Source of the DNA: Antedon mediterranea | Lineage: Eukaryota; Animalia; Echinodermata | DNA length: 64,000 bases | Assembly: GCF_964355755.1 (NCBI RefSeq) | Contig: NC_092672.1 | Coordinates: forward strand, 34,230,437 to 34,294,436 | Direction of reading: 5' to 3' | Shown here: one piece after another, positions 27,301 through 44,748 of the stretch | How positions within the stretch are numbered: the first letter of the stretch is position 1 | Layout: each line of letters starts with the position of its first letter | Notes under the pieces: generated by a model | What the model saw: the letters and a program-made list of their open reading frames with translations, nothing else | Database searches by the model: none | Told to the model about the DNA's origin: nothing | Made by a program: the position numbers and the translations under genes

Positions 27301-30300
27301 GACATCATCATGTCCATATATGGACGCATCACAATGTTTGTCACATAAAGTTTGATAGTGTATACAGACTTTAGTAGACTTTAAAATGTAATGTTATTAT
27401 TAGTTATTATTTTTCAATTGTATATCATCATCAGTTATGCCTGTTTTTATTCGTCATGACAGTTTCCACTATTTTAAAATTTATTTTTTTTAATGGAGCA
27501 CTTGAAAATGTGTTCATAGTTTTCTTTTTAAATTCAAAAACTCTGTCTACACTATCAAACTTTATGTGACAAAAAATTTGCCCATGGACATGATGATGTC
27601 ATATCACAACCATATTTGGGCACATCAGACTTTTTTTTTATCAAACTAGTTTGATAGTGTAGACAGACAAAATTTCTTTCAGAATTGTACATATAAAAGT
27701 TATTATTTAAAAACTATGTTATAGTATTTTTTGTAGTAAAATAAATCACCATCTACTCTGCGTAACTAGGTCTTTAGATGTATAATGAATTGCTTTTAAA
27801 TTTAAAATAACAAAACTATAATTTATTAACGATTTCCCCCAAAAAAAGAGAACAAAAACAGAAATTGCAATAACCTTGAAAACAAAAATCACATCCATTA
27901 ATACTAATGATATTTTCAAGGCTAGAATAATAACCAGCTATTCTTTAGATTTTAAATAATGAGAATAAATCACTTTTTATCGTTTTAATATCCTAGCCAT
28001 TGGTCTTTCATGTTTTTTTTCATATTAAGAGAAGCACAACAGCAGTGTAAACTAATTCAATTTATTTTTACAATAAAAATAAATTTAATTTTATTTCATA
28101 AATATTCTAGATATACGCCCGTATTCTTAAACCGGACTTTAGTCGTAGTTCGAGCTAAAACTAAAAAAATGACGTCATTTTAATTCATAAACCGAACTTC
28201 AACTAAATCACCGACTAAATCAGGCCAACTTCGACTAAATCGAGACGGATTTTGATCGATTTTTTTAGTCCTGGAGGGGGCAGGCTAAATGGTCGACTAA
28301 ATGGTTTTTAAACGATGTTTATAAAAAACGTAACAGTCATTGAGTTGTTATATTGGCCAGATATTGAAGAATGAAATATCTATATTTATATTAGCTTAAT
28401 TAAATATACATTGGTATAAGTTATAATAATGAAAATCATCTTTATTTACAACCGTATACAAACTACATTATTTTCTTCGCGCAAGTCCGACTTGAACTAC
28501 GTCACGCCATAGCGACAATGGGAGAGAGCGGCAATTCACCACGCGATGGAATGTTTATGGGGCCTAGCGCTTTCTTGTCACGCTAGGAAGTTCGTCGCGA
28601 TCATACTTTGTTTGAGGCCTAGAAAATATGAAAGTTACCGTACCGCCATGGTTCCTAAATATATTTTGAAGATTTTGTTTGTTGTTAATCAAAAGTACTT
28701 CACTGTTAAATTAATACTGATCTTGATTGATCTCTTCTAATAATTAACGATTACAATTATTTTTCATGTATATAGTCCTGATGCGTAAAAAGTTTTGTAA
28801 GAAAATGGAAAGTGATATCAATGAGCAAAATTTCGTCTGCTCCTCAAATACTCTCTTGTCATTGGCCAATGTTTAGCCTTTGTTACCCAGACGTGTGCAA
28901 CTCGACTAAAAGCTCGACTTCATTAAGTCGAACTGCAAACTTCGACTACTTTGTTTTTGAATCGAATTTGAAGTAATAGCTCGAACTACGAGTAAAGTCC
29001 GGTTTAAGAATACGGGCGTTACTGTAAGCATATTGGGATATTTTTTGCGCCTATTGATATTCTTGCAATTATAGATTTCCTATGAAATAAAATGGTTGCT
29101 TTTAAAATTAAAACATTTAAAAACTTTATTAACTTTAATTATTTCAGAAATAAAATCTATATATAAAAATGTGTACATGGAAAAATTGTTTTCCTCGACA
29201 GAAATGGTAAAACAAACAAAACATTCACAATTACATCATACATTTTCTTTTGATTATTTTTGACAGGATTGATGCGTCAGAAAGAGAAATTGAAAAAACT
29301 AAAATGGAATTAAAAGCACTTGATTCTCAATTGTTGAGTACAATACAACAAAAGGCATCATTATCACATCAGTTGGATGAATGGCAGGTACTGTATGATA
29401 GCCACATCTGGTACAATGTGTAATCACTTTCTATTCTCATGTAATGTGGTAGTGGTTGGAGCGAGTGCCATGTTTGTACACAGTTTTTACAATTACATAA
29501 CCATTACTTGGAATAATATAATTTTGCCATGTGTAGTACTTGCTTTATAAGTTGTTTTTTAGCAAGCACGATCTAAGCGCCTACAATTTTCAAGTTATTC
29601 TTAATTTGAAATTCAGATTATGCCAATTCATTCATAACTTCAACAACAAAAATTGAAAAATTTGTTTTCTTTTAACATAGGCCGGAATTATCACATATAA
29701 ATACATTATACCTGCTAACTCTTATGTATACTGTAATACGCGAGTCTCACCCATTTTTCATGCCTCGCGTATACGTGGCTATTTCACACGCATCCATAAA
29801 AAATATTCAGAAAAACATTATTTTTAAATTAACTTGCTGTTTACACTAAACTTAAGCTCTGTCTACACTAGTTTGAAAAAAAAAAAAGTTTAATGTGCCC
29901 AAATATGGTAGTGATATGCCCAAATATGGTAGTGATATGCCCAAATATGGTAGTGATATGACATCATCATGTCCATGGGCACACCACATACTTTTGTCAC
30001 ATAAAGTTTGATAATGTAGACAGAGCTTTACAGTTTATTGTCCTTGTCCGATAAGACTTGTTCCACCATCAGAACTAGGAGCGCGTCGGTCTCGAACCCA
30101 TTACAATATTGTTAAGTTGGTTTTAAAACTGTGCTGAACTCAACCAGATTTCCTATATTTTGCATTGTAACATTCGCAAATGGAGGCCTGGGCTGAGTTT
30201 GCCTGTGACTGTTATTTATTTCATCAAAGGCCATACAAAAAATTTGATTAGATGTTTTCTGAATATTTATGTTGTAGATCATTTCCTGTGTACAGGAGGT

Positions 30301-31128
30301 TGAATATTAATCAAAATAATTAACGGTTTAAATATTTCACCTGTAGCACATGAGAATAATATTATTTGCAAATCCAGGTACCTGGATCAATGCAGTCATG
30401 CACAACATAGTACACCCACTGTACTGATTGCGTGCAAACGAACGTTGCTGCAATTATTTTGAACTCATTTGCAAAATTTACTCTCCCCAGCTGAAAATAA
30501 ATAGATCAGTCTACCTTGTAGATATAAATTAGTTTTTGTCATGGTTTGGTTAAGTGCGATGAAGGATATGGATATCGGCAACAGAATATTAAATAAATAT
30601 ATATAATGTGATGATTGTATTTGAATAGTGTACCATATGCTTACAAGCAAAATATCCAGAATGGGGATGAGAAATGCCAAAATTCCATCTATTTATGTGT
30701 TGTAGTGGATAGTGAAAAAATGGTATTTCTTACACTATCAAACTAGTTTGACAAAAAAAATGTGATGTGCCCAAATAATAATGGTAGTGTATATGCCAAA
30801 ATATGGTGGTGATATGACATCATCATATCCATATATGGGCACATTTTTTTGTCACATAAAGTTTGATAGTGTAGACAGACCTTTAGGAGTAAAATTCACT
30901 TCCATCTTTAACTATTACCTAAACAAATTTAACAATCAAATTGTTCTAATTTAAAATATTTAGGATGATATACATCAACTTCTGGACAAACGGTTAATCT
31001 CCGAGCTGAGTGAGCAAGAAAAACGATATTTGAAACAGCAACACCAGGCGTCAGGTAGTAGTAGTCCTGAAGAAAAGAAAGTACGCTCTTCTCCACGAAG
31101 GTTTAGCCTCTGGCCTAGCAGTAGGTGA
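9362..31128 (+). CDS. BICDL1: Bicaudal-D-related dynein cargo adaptor (BICDL1/CCDC64/BICDR-1-like), 10 coding exons, 595 aa
   Basis: GT-AG exons in consistent phase: 9362-9643, 15866-16081, 16353-16469, 17088-17234, 19751-20035, 20770-20928, 22260-22442, 27100-27212, 29267-29387, 30964-31128 (TGA); total 1788 nt. CC1-box DLVLAAELGKALLEEN, plus EQEKYELRRQ, ELTEQNQRL and the C-terminal LDSQLLSTIQQKASLSHQLDEWQDDIH match the BICDL family. BICDL1 vs BICDL2 orthology is not resolvable in an invertebrate. Confidence 0.9.
13098..13261. mobile_element. MITE family A copy
   Basis: Both TIRs, TAA flanks. Confidence 0.8.
13478..13648. mobile_element. Harbinger-like MITE family B
   Basis: TAA|AGGGCCTTTCACACCTGTTCCGGCACGGTTCCG ... 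CGGAACCGTACCGGAGCAGGTGTCAAAGGCCCT|TAA; diverged relative at about 38355-38525. Confidence 0.8.
14319..14446. mobile_element. MITE family A copy
   Basis: Both TIRs, internal deletion. Confidence 0.75.
18290..18303. promoter_or_regulatory. RFX X-box GTTTCCATGGCAAC in BICDL1 intron
   Basis: Matches GTTNCCATGGNAAC within a CpG-retaining patch (about 18200-18380). Confidence 0.4.
20953..21635. mobile_element. CryptonV-like non-autonomous element
   Basis: Starts AAACTAGA...ACCTCCGCC, ends ACCTCCTTGGCGGAGGTAA after (ACAA)n; this end motif is recalled from CryptonV-type repeats. Confidence 0.5.
21818..21991. mobile_element. MITE family A copy
   Basis: Both TIRs; abuts a SINE. Confidence 0.8.
22000..22252 (+). 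mobile_element. tRNA-derived SINE with (ACCTTT)n-like tail
   Basis: A box TAGCCGAGTGG, B box GGTTCAATGCC, central CCACTCAGCTGTAAAATGAGTACC, tail CCCTTTACCCTTTTACCTT; no complete cloverleaf. Confidence 0.8.
23528..24026. mobile_element. TIR non-autonomous element (PIF/Harbinger or ISL2EU-like)
   Basis: Long TIR GGTTTCGCAATCTTACGAATACGATAACGAAAACG and its inverse; TA on both flanks. Confidence 0.8.
25900..26070. repeat. about 56-bp tandem repeat, 3 units
   Basis: GGTTAGATTA..CTTA..GCCTAT.ATACAG.CAT.ACAT.TGACAA.TATGTGAT. Confidence 0.8.
26529..26663. mobile_element. Tc1/pogo (Tigger)-like MITE
   Basis: TA|CAGTAAAACCTCT ... AGAGGTTCTAATG|TA. Confidence 0.65.
27231..27667. mobile_element. two MITE family A copies in opposite orientation (about 27231-27371 and 27539-27667)
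   Basis: Shared GTGATGTGCCC...GGCACATCAC core and AGTTTGATAGTGTAGACAGA end. Confidence 0.75.
28116..29018. mobile_element. 0.9-kb TIR non-autonomous element (Harbinger-like)
   Basis: About 40-bp TIR CGCCCGTATTCTTAAACCGGACTTTAGTCGTAGTTCGAGCTA and its inverse; internal CGACTAAA repeats. Confidence 0.8.
29855..30027. mobile_element. MITE family A copy with internal 21-bp unit amplified
   Basis: TTA TSD; GCCCAAATATGGTAGTGATAT repeated three times. Confidence 0.8.
30731..30882. mobile_element. MITE family A copy
   Basis: Core and right TIR; left end eroded. Confidence 0.75.
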
Positions 31129-31144
31129 CATTAGGTAAGAAATT

Positions 31145-31232
31145 GTCCTTTGGATGGGATGTAAAGCCGTTGGTCCTGTGTGTATACATTGCTAATGAGC
31201 ATGATAAAGATATTATTCGATAAAGAGCAGGA
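31145..31232 (+). mobile_element. SINE central-domain fragment (Nin-like); inverse relative at about 43715-43772
   Basis: GTCCTTTGGATGGGATGTAAAGCCGTTGGTCC matches the reverse of GGACCAACAGATTTATGTCCCATCCAAAGGAC. Confidence 0.55.
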
Positions 31233-31252
31233 GTCTTTTATATCAAGCTTAA

Positions 31253-31405
31253 AACCTTATCTACACTATCAAAATTTATGTGAAAAAAAATTTGATGTGC
31301 CCATAATGGACATGATGATATATCACTACCATATATGGGCATATCACTAGCATATTTGGGCATATCACACTTTTGTCAAACTAGTTTGATAGTGTACACA
31401 TAGCT
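31253..31405. mobile_element. MITE family A copy
   Basis: Diverged TIRs, core intact. Confidence 0.75.
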
Positions 31406-33789
31406 TTGTATTAATGTTTATATAAGACATTTGTTTTCTTTCAAGCTCTTAGTTGCCATGGCATTATAACGACAACCTATCACAATTTAATTGACAACAG
31501 CTTCCGGAAACCTATTGTACTTTTGCAATTATTGTACTGCTTTTACATCTCATTATACAATGAATAATACATGTATTTATACAATTTCTTTGTATTTCTT
31601 AATAAAAAAACTTTTTTTATGATATATGCAATTCGTTTTTTTATTGTCAAAATGATTGCAAAAATATTATTTCATATTCAAATTAAGTTTTCACAAAAGT
31701 TCAAATAAAAAGATTGTATTTGTCTATAGACTACTGTATGCATACTCATTTTACAATGATCAACAATATATTTTTTAATTCAATTTTTTTCTTTTATATG
31801 AAATCCTGTTCTGAAAAATAATTGTATTATATTATAATATTGTTCTCTAAAACAATCTTTTTTTTCTAACAGAGTTTATGGCTGTACATAACAGGACAGT
31901 TAGGCTGCAAGTTGCTGGTACAAAATTTGGACATACATCACACCAAGAATTATTATAAGGATCTTCAGTAAGAATGTGTCTAAAATCTAATGAATTAAAT
32001 CAGTCTCGACATTTGTTTTATTTTATGTAACTCTTTGATATAAAAACTAGGTATGTCATTTATTAGTCATAATTAATGTATTTTAGTTAAAATTTATTTT
32101 TCGCACATACATTTTTTTCAAGTTAAAAAAAATGATGGTGTTGATACAGTAGCCTACCATTTAAATCATTTATATACTTAATGAAAGGTAAATATAAATA
32201 AAATACTGCAAATTGTTTGAAAAAGCCTTAATATTGCACCTTGATATAGATTAGGTAGAAGTATTTAGTAGTAAATATATTGTAATTTATTTAATAGTAA
32301 TTGTGTGAGTGTTATGTTCCAAATTTTAGACATTTTGTGTCACTCTGCACTTGATCAACAAATTGTAGATATCTAAATAAGCAGTAGTAAAGTACTGTAG
32401 TTATATAATTAAGAAATTATTTTAAAAATATTATATTTCAGATAGTTACCTTTTTCATGTATGTCAGCTCTAAATATATCAGCTTGATATTTTATCAAAC
32501 AATATTCAAAATTATAAAAAGCTTTAGGCATTACTATTATTTTAAAAATAAGGTATTACACATAGTAGTGTTTACTACATATTTCTATATAAGCATTTCT
32601 TTATGTTTTGTTTTCATTAAATTCAAAATATATAAATAAATTTAATTGTAAGTAATTATACGAATGATTTATAAGTTATAATATTAAGGATGAGTTTTGT
32701 TGTTTGGTATCACACACTTTTCACACATGGATAGGGAATGTATTTAAATAGTAAGATACTGTAGATGTTGTTATATAAGTAATTAAGGTAGCATTTATAA
32801 TCATCATTCTTTCTATAGATATAACTTCTTTGGAAGAAATAGGTTAGCTAGGGACGTAGTATTAAGAATAGTTATAAACTAATGCTACACATCTGTACAA
32901 ATTATTATACTAATTATATGTACTGTAATTTAATAAAAAAATCCGATAAAATTTCTCAAAATTAATGACTAAATTTCTTCAACCGTTCAACCAACTTCAT
33001 AAAAGATTTTCATATAGACAGTACTTATGTAATTGTAATAATGAATAAATAAACTTAATATATGTAATTATGTTTTAATATCATTGTATAAAACAATTAA
33101 TATATGCAGTTATGTTAAACATATTGTATAAAGATAGATGATTAATGCCAAAATGAAGAGCAAATAAATAAAATATCTTTGGAGTATTAAGAAATTTAAA
33201 ATTTATCTTCCAATTTTTAAATTAAATGAATATTAAATGGTTTTAAATCATAAAATGATTAATTGTAAAAAGGAAAATACTGTAATATAACAGAAAAACA
33301 ATCTTCCAAAATTATATTAGAAATTGTTTTGTGGTAGTATTAAAAAAATAAAATTGGAATTATGAAATTAAGATAATATGAAATTCATGTGAAAAAGTAT
33401 GATTATTTTAAAATTCTTATTTTATGTTGAATGATGATTTTGGTGTTTTCCTACCTAATAATTCTTTACAACAAAGTTGAACAAAAAAATTATTTAGTAT
33501 AGTTATTTGCTGTACTGAATTTACAACAGCATAGTCTTTATTTTATGTAATTTGTATGTTATAATATGTATTGGTTAGTATATATATAAATGATACCAAA
33601 TTTTAAATATAGGTTTACATGAGGTTGGTTGAACTATTGAGCTACAGTTATAGATGTATTATTTTTAAATTAATAGATTTTAGGATCATATGGTATTTCA
33701 AGTTAAAATAATAGGATTTATTTAGCAAAATGTATCTGATAAATTAAAAGACAATATTAGGGAGGTATATCTGACAATTTGTAGTTTTA

Positions 33790-33900
33790 AGCTCTGTCTA
33801 CACTATAAAACTTGACAAAAAAATTTGATTTGACCAAGTATGGACACGATGATTTCATATCACTACCATATTTGGGCACATCACATTTTTTTGCCAAATG
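33790..33900. mobile_element. MITE family A partial copy
   Basis: Left TIR and core. Confidence 0.7.
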
Positions 33901-34178
33901 GCTCTAAGAGGATAGGTACATAGTTAGGTAAATCAGACAATTTAGGTTTTAGAGAAATATTTATTGATAATACTCTGTACCGACTCCCCATTCCCCTCTA
34001 ATATACTTGTGTAGGCATGAGGAACAAAAGGTATATTATCTGCCTCAGGGTCGGTGTCCAGCAGAGTCAGTACGATAAATATAAGATTATCAGATTCATT
34101 ATATGTTGTAAATAAAAATAAAAAATACCAAGTATGTAAGGTAATTTAAGGTTTGTTGATATTAATAGGTAAGGATAA

Positions 34179-34359
34179 AGCTTGGTTCCCACTAGAACGT
34201 AACGCAAGGACGTAAACGCAACGCAAGCGTGTTAACCAATGAGAAGCTAAGTTATAGACAGTTAGCAATCACAAGCGAATAAGACATCGCTTGTGATTGG
34301 TCAATTCACTTGCGTTGCGTTACGTCCTTGTGTTGCGTCGCTAGTGTGGGAACCACGCT
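34179..34359. mobile_element. Harbinger-like MITE family C
   Basis: TAA|AGCTTGGTTCCCACTAG ... CTAGTGTGGGAACCACGCT|TAA, palindromic over most of its length; partial copy at about 13686-13738. Confidence 0.8.
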
Positions 34360-34397
34360 TAAGTAAGATTACTAAGTAAGTAAGTAAGTAACAGTAA

Positions 34398-34546
34398 AGC
34401 TACTTTAGCTACACTATCAAACTGTATGTAACAAAAAAATGTGATGTGCCCAAATATGGACATGATGATGCCATATCACTACTATATTTGGGTACATCAA
34501 TACCATATTTGGGCATATTACACTAGTTTGATAGTGTAGACAGAGC
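34398..34546. mobile_element. MITE family A copy
   Basis: Core and right TIR. Confidence 0.75.
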
Positions 34547-34907
34547 AACAGGACCAATACTCCTTGTATATGATGTATAGGATATGTAATTTAAGGTTAG
34601 TTAAGTTAAAAGGTGCTGCTGTTCATAAAACGCCATTTTTTATATTATTTATATTCTCCTCAGTCTCAGTTGTATTTACTTATTTGGTGTAGAATTCTTC
34701 AATTTGGAAATGAAAGCTGTCTATCACCACATAAATCTGTCTTCAAATTAACTTTTCTATTTCCATATAAATCTGTCATGATGGTATAACAGTACAAATA
34801 GTAAAATATACTAATATTTCATTCATACTTTTTTTTTCCAAAGTATGTCCAAATGAGGGCATACTTCAAAAAGACATACATCCAGCAATCACTTTTCTTT
34901 TTTCTAA

Positions 34908-35022
34908 AGCTCTGTTTACACTTTTAAACAAAATGTGATGTGCCCATATATGGACATGATAATGTCATATCACTAGCACATTTATACCACTAGAATATTA
35001 GTTTGATAGTGTAGACAGAGCT
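34908..35022. mobile_element. MITE family A copy (short)
   Basis: Both TIR ends. Confidence 0.75.
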
Positions 35023-36078
35023 TTAAATAAATCAAAATCCTTGAATTTATTACATTCAAATTGGTAAAGATTGCGGACACATTATTATTATTCTAATAAT
35101 CAATATTTTATAATCAAAGTACCTTGATATGATACATTATTGTTGGTCTGTATAATTCTACTCTATGTCTTTTAACAAATGAGTATAAAAAAGCATCGTG
35201 CAAAATGTTTTATTAAAATTTAAGGATTCAATACTTATTTACTTTTGATGTTTATAGGCAATATACAGTTGTGTAATTATGTTTAAAATTATGTTTAAAA
35301 TGATTAATCCTATTTAAAATGCGCATATAATTAAAATAAATTGTAATTTAATTATATTTATTTGTTATCATCTGTAATTAAAAATATTGCAAAATAAGGT
35401 TTTAACAACAAATACAGTAAGTGCAATTAAGATGATGTTTATTTTAAAGTGTTTCTTATTATATAACTTGTTACACCAAGGTGCTCTATATATAAATTAT
35501 ATAAGAAAAACTGCCTTGACAATGTATAGGCCTAAATAAGGATTGAATAAGGTAGTGTAAGTATGTATATGATGTAATTATCCTATCTTATGAGGACTAT
35601 AAATGTAAAATAAGTGTGTATGGAATTCCTGTTTAGATAGAGTATTCAAAGGCCAGCACATTGAGGATTTTCATACAAAATGAATTCAAGAACATCTAAC
35701 TCAGCTACACTTCAAAAGTAGTAGTAAAGGTAGAAAATTTTAATATAAATTAAGAAAAATCAATTTTTTCAGTACTGTTGTATGCAGTAACAATATTACA
35801 TATAAAAACATTTATCATGAAAAGAATATAATTGTAAGAATCCCCTTAAAATAAGATTAAGCAAAATGCTGTATAACAAACATTTTCTTTTTGTAAAAAC
35901 CAAACTATAAACTTACAGAACATTTCGAAACCCGACATGTTTGATTCTCAATTTTTGTTATACCAGATGAAATTTTGAAAATGCTGTATATTGAAACTAG
36001 TTTTATAAACATCTCAAACTGATGACATTCTAATCATATAGATACAAGACTTGTTCAATACTTGCTTGCATTCATTAA

Positions 36079-36217
36079 AGCTCTGTCTAAACTATCAAAC
36101 TAGTTTGACAAAAAAGGGTGATGTTTCCAAATATGGTAGTGATATGACATCATCATGTCCATATATAGGCACATCACATTTTGTTGTCACATAAAGTTTG
36201 ATAGTGTGAACAGAGCT
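36079..36217. mobile_element. MITE family A copy
   Basis: Both TIRs. Confidence 0.8.
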
Positions 36218-36797
36218 TTACATGTGATTTTCTTCAAATGCTTTTGGTTGGTAGTGTAAATACACATAGTTGTTGCATAATATTTCATTCTTGTTTTAAT
36301 GTTAATCAGTGTGACAACACAATACTTAAATATCTATATCTAAACAATGTGCGCAATAAAAAACAATGGGAATGTTACAAACATTTTGTTTATATAATAA
36401 CTTCAGAGGGATTTGAACTACAGTACCGTTTGGTGTCAAGTTTAATTCTACGAAACTTGAAAGGCATTTTGTTGTAACGTGGAGTAATAACTTACTCCAT
36501 GGTTGTAATAAAGATTAACTAACTTCTGTTGATGTAACTTAACATAAATTGCACTTGTATTAAATGTGTGAAAGTAAAGTATAGATGTGTATGCAATTAT
36601 TTTAATGTGTTACTGATAAATTTGCCATCATTTTCAAAATCCAGGTACAGGAAAATTTGTATAACACAATTTGCATGCAGGAGTCATTTACCATGTCTGT
36701 TTGTGAGAAGTTTATCTGTCTTTGATAAAACTGTCACTCCAACCAGGAGTATAAACCAGTACAAAATGTATCATTACACAATATTCACAAACTTTTT

Positions 36798-38814
36798 TCA
36801 CTCCTGTTTATTAGCTAAAAATCGCTTCACAACTTGCAAAAAGTCATTAGGCTTTTCCGAATGAACCCAATGACCAGCTCCCTCTACAGTTTCAATGGTT
36901 GCTGACGGAAATAACCGAAATATTTCAGTATGGTCAGATGGTAGTATATAGTCTGAATGACCTCCTTTAACAAACAGAGTTGGTTTTGGAAACGTGCTTT
37001 GGAATTCTGGGAAGCCAATCATATCATCATGGTTGTCTAGTAAAGCTTTTAGATTCAATTGCCATTCGAAACTTGTGTTATTTTTCCTTATATTCTTCAT
37101 GATGAACTGCCTCACAGCATCTTCCTGTTCGGTAAAAATAAAAGTAGTATTAATGTTCACAATTCATTTTAGTTATTTTATGTTTTTAGACACATGTGAC
37201 CAAGGATTACCAATAGTATATTAATAACTGTCCTATCATATAGTTGGTAATCTCCTTTACACAGAGGCTATTTTGTGAACCAGTACACCTGTGTAATCCC
37301 CTACTCGTCTCGAATGATTTAAGGTGCGCATGGGTGGTTATAACTGTGTACACTGGAACTTATCCGACAAGACTTGTTCCACCACCAGAACTGGTAGGAG
37401 CAAGTTGGCCTCAAACCCATGCCTATACAGTTTGTTTGCTCTTAGTGAAACACAACAAAATGTCCCCCTTAATAGGGGTGTTTTAAAGAAGGGGGCTCTC
37501 CTGTAATCTTGCAAAATATCAAACTTGACAGCTGAGTTTCTCTCAAAAAAAGATTATAAGAAAACGATAAAAAATGAGGTTTTATTTTTGTTCTCTATTC
37601 ATTAAATTGTTTATATCTACATTTTCATACAGGGTTGATATCTAAATTCCAATATGGAATAATTTTCCTACAAAAAAACAGAAAAACAAAACTATTGTTG
37701 TCATTTTTTACAGTCCTGGAAGTACACAACCCTATTGTGACCTTCAAGGGTTCTTTTTTTGTAATATTGATTAATATTGCACACTTACTGGAATTGTTTT
37801 CTGTAACTGTAAATCAACATCCTTCCTCATTTCGGATGGCGACTGATTTTCTTTAAACTTTACAGACAGCATTGCGTTTATGTATTCCATTACCCATGAT
37901 TCACCTCCCGATGTTCTTTGTTGCCTAGGTGCGCTGTCAACAACTATCAACTTATCCACCAAAGAGGGCTGCAGAGAAATGTGAAAATTATCATAGATAA
38001 GAAAGTTTTAAAAAGTGCTAAACAAATTTGTTCATATTACATGTGGATGTGTGGATCTTAGTACTACAGTACCTCAATTAGACTTGTTACCATAGCAACT
38101 TTACCACCCATACTATGGCCAATCAGGATACAGTTTGAGAGTCCTAATTTGTCAACCACCAATGACCTTATATCTTTACCCATTAGGTCAAATGTCATCG
38201 CATCAGTATGAGGACTGTCACCATGGTTACGCGTATCAACTGTAACAGTCTTAAAAACAAAAATTGTAAATATTAGTCAATTATCTATTTAAAATGAATT
38301 TATTTACAGTATTAATTATTGTATTGGCCTGTTGGGCAGATTTGAGAGGATCACTCTTTCACACCGGTGCTGGCAAATCAAATTGAACGTCAATGTTTCG
38401 TTTTCATGTCACTCTACTCGGCTATGCGTCAATTGCTATGACTGTAGCCTCGTGAAAACAAAACATTGACATTAGATTTGATTTGCTTGCACCGGACTGG
38501 AACCGTGCCGGAGCAGCTATGACAGTAGGCATTAGCGTTAAAAAGGTAAACATGGAGCTTAGTATTGGCTGACCAACAAAATGTTAGTTCTTAAATGTAC
38601 ACCCACCACCTACAGTATACTTGACCTAATAATGGAAAACAAAACATGTTAGTATAATGTAGGCCTGTCTCTTACTGTATGGCCTGTATCCTTGGTAAGA
38701 CGTTTGGCTAGTGTGGCCCAGTTGCTCTTGCATCCAAACAGTCCATGGAATATCAAAATATTTGACAGACTTGTGTCTCCTTTATTAACATGATGTGCAA
38801 GGTCCACAGAATAT
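36798..38814 (-). CDS. ABHD11: alpha/beta hydrolase domain protein 11 (mitochondrial esterase/lipase fold); 4 confident exons, N-terminus unresolved
   Basis: Minus-strand exons 38814-38676 (IFHGLFGCKSNW), 38249-38073 (VDTRNHGDSPH, GHSMGGK nucleophile elbow), 37968-37789 (KLIVVDSAP) and 37124-36798 (VRQFIMKN, PTLFVKGGHSDY, GAGHWVHSEKP, stop). Splice phases are compatible. Confidence 0.9.
37255..37430 (-). mobile_element. SINE fragment; relative at about 30040-30105
   Basis: Shared TCCGA(C/T)AAGACTTGTTCCACCA(C/T)CAGAACT followed by an inverse B-box-like CTC(G/A)AACCC. Confidence 0.55.
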
Positions 38815-39236
38815 CTATAATAAATATAAATGAAAAAGAAAAGAAGATAAAATTACAGTTTTTGCAGTTGGCTATTCATCTCATGGAACCAGAGGATGTC
38901 CCAAGATTTTATTTAATACTAATAATAATAATACACTTTAAGTGCCTGAAATAAAAAGGTGAGTAAAGAAATAAAAATAATATAGTATATAGATTAGTAG
39001 TATAATGTTACACAATTAAAAATTGTTTTCATCACTTCCTTGAACATTGTTGTTAAATTAGATATAATCATTTATTTATATTTATGCATAGTCATCATAA
39101 CATTCTATTTCGATTCATGGGATACCTAATGACACTTATCCACCACCATCATGTATGACATCATCAACAAACAAGCCGAGTGCCAAGCAAGGAGGAGAGA
39201 GGACACTTCAGCTATTTTTATTGCATAAAATCCCAC

Positions 39237-39317
39237 CTTCTGACTCCCTGCTCATAGCATCTTGAATTTAAACGCCTTCCCAACGTTCTTGAAAACGGTA
39301 TACAACATATATTGCAT
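39237..39317 (-). CDS. candidate upstream ABHD11 exon with Arg-rich, presequence-like peptide
   Basis: TTTTCTAG acceptor and weak AG|GTGGGA donor. The frame CNICCIPFSRTLGRRLNSRCYEQGVRR joins the next exon in phase, but no in-frame ATG exon was found. Confidence 0.4.
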
Positions 39318-39419
39318 CTAGAAAACAAAAACATGACTAAATATTACAAAATGTCTGCTTAAAATGGGCAAAATGACAGTTCCTCCTCTTTCACATGCAA
39401 ATTCTGAATGAAAGGGGTA

Positions 39420-39598
39420 ACCCCTAATTCCTGCTCATGCGTGTTAGCGTTGATGACGTCACAGCGGCGAAGCGCCTCAAATAACGACGAGGGATTTCCT
39501 TGCCAAAATCAACCGACGTAGAGTGTGTTTGGCGGTGTAAATTAGGAGAGGGAATAATAGAAAAAACGATAGTAGTCCATTAACTAAACATTTGTAGA
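39420..39598. promoter_or_regulatory. bidirectional promoter between ABHD11 and RAB35 with CRE site TGACGTCA (39454-39461)
   Basis: Short CpG-rich segment between divergent genes with a perfect palindromic CRE. Confidence 0.6.

Positions 39599-44748
<5,150 letters not shown>

Noticed and set aside
31126-31131. stop-codon readthrough of BICDL1
   Set aside because: TGA-CAT is followed immediately by an in-frame TAG and lacks the CTAG readthrough context.
38086-38099. X-box-like GTTACCATAGCAAC
   Set aside because: Lies within ABHD11 coding sequence (VAMVT) and is explained by codons.
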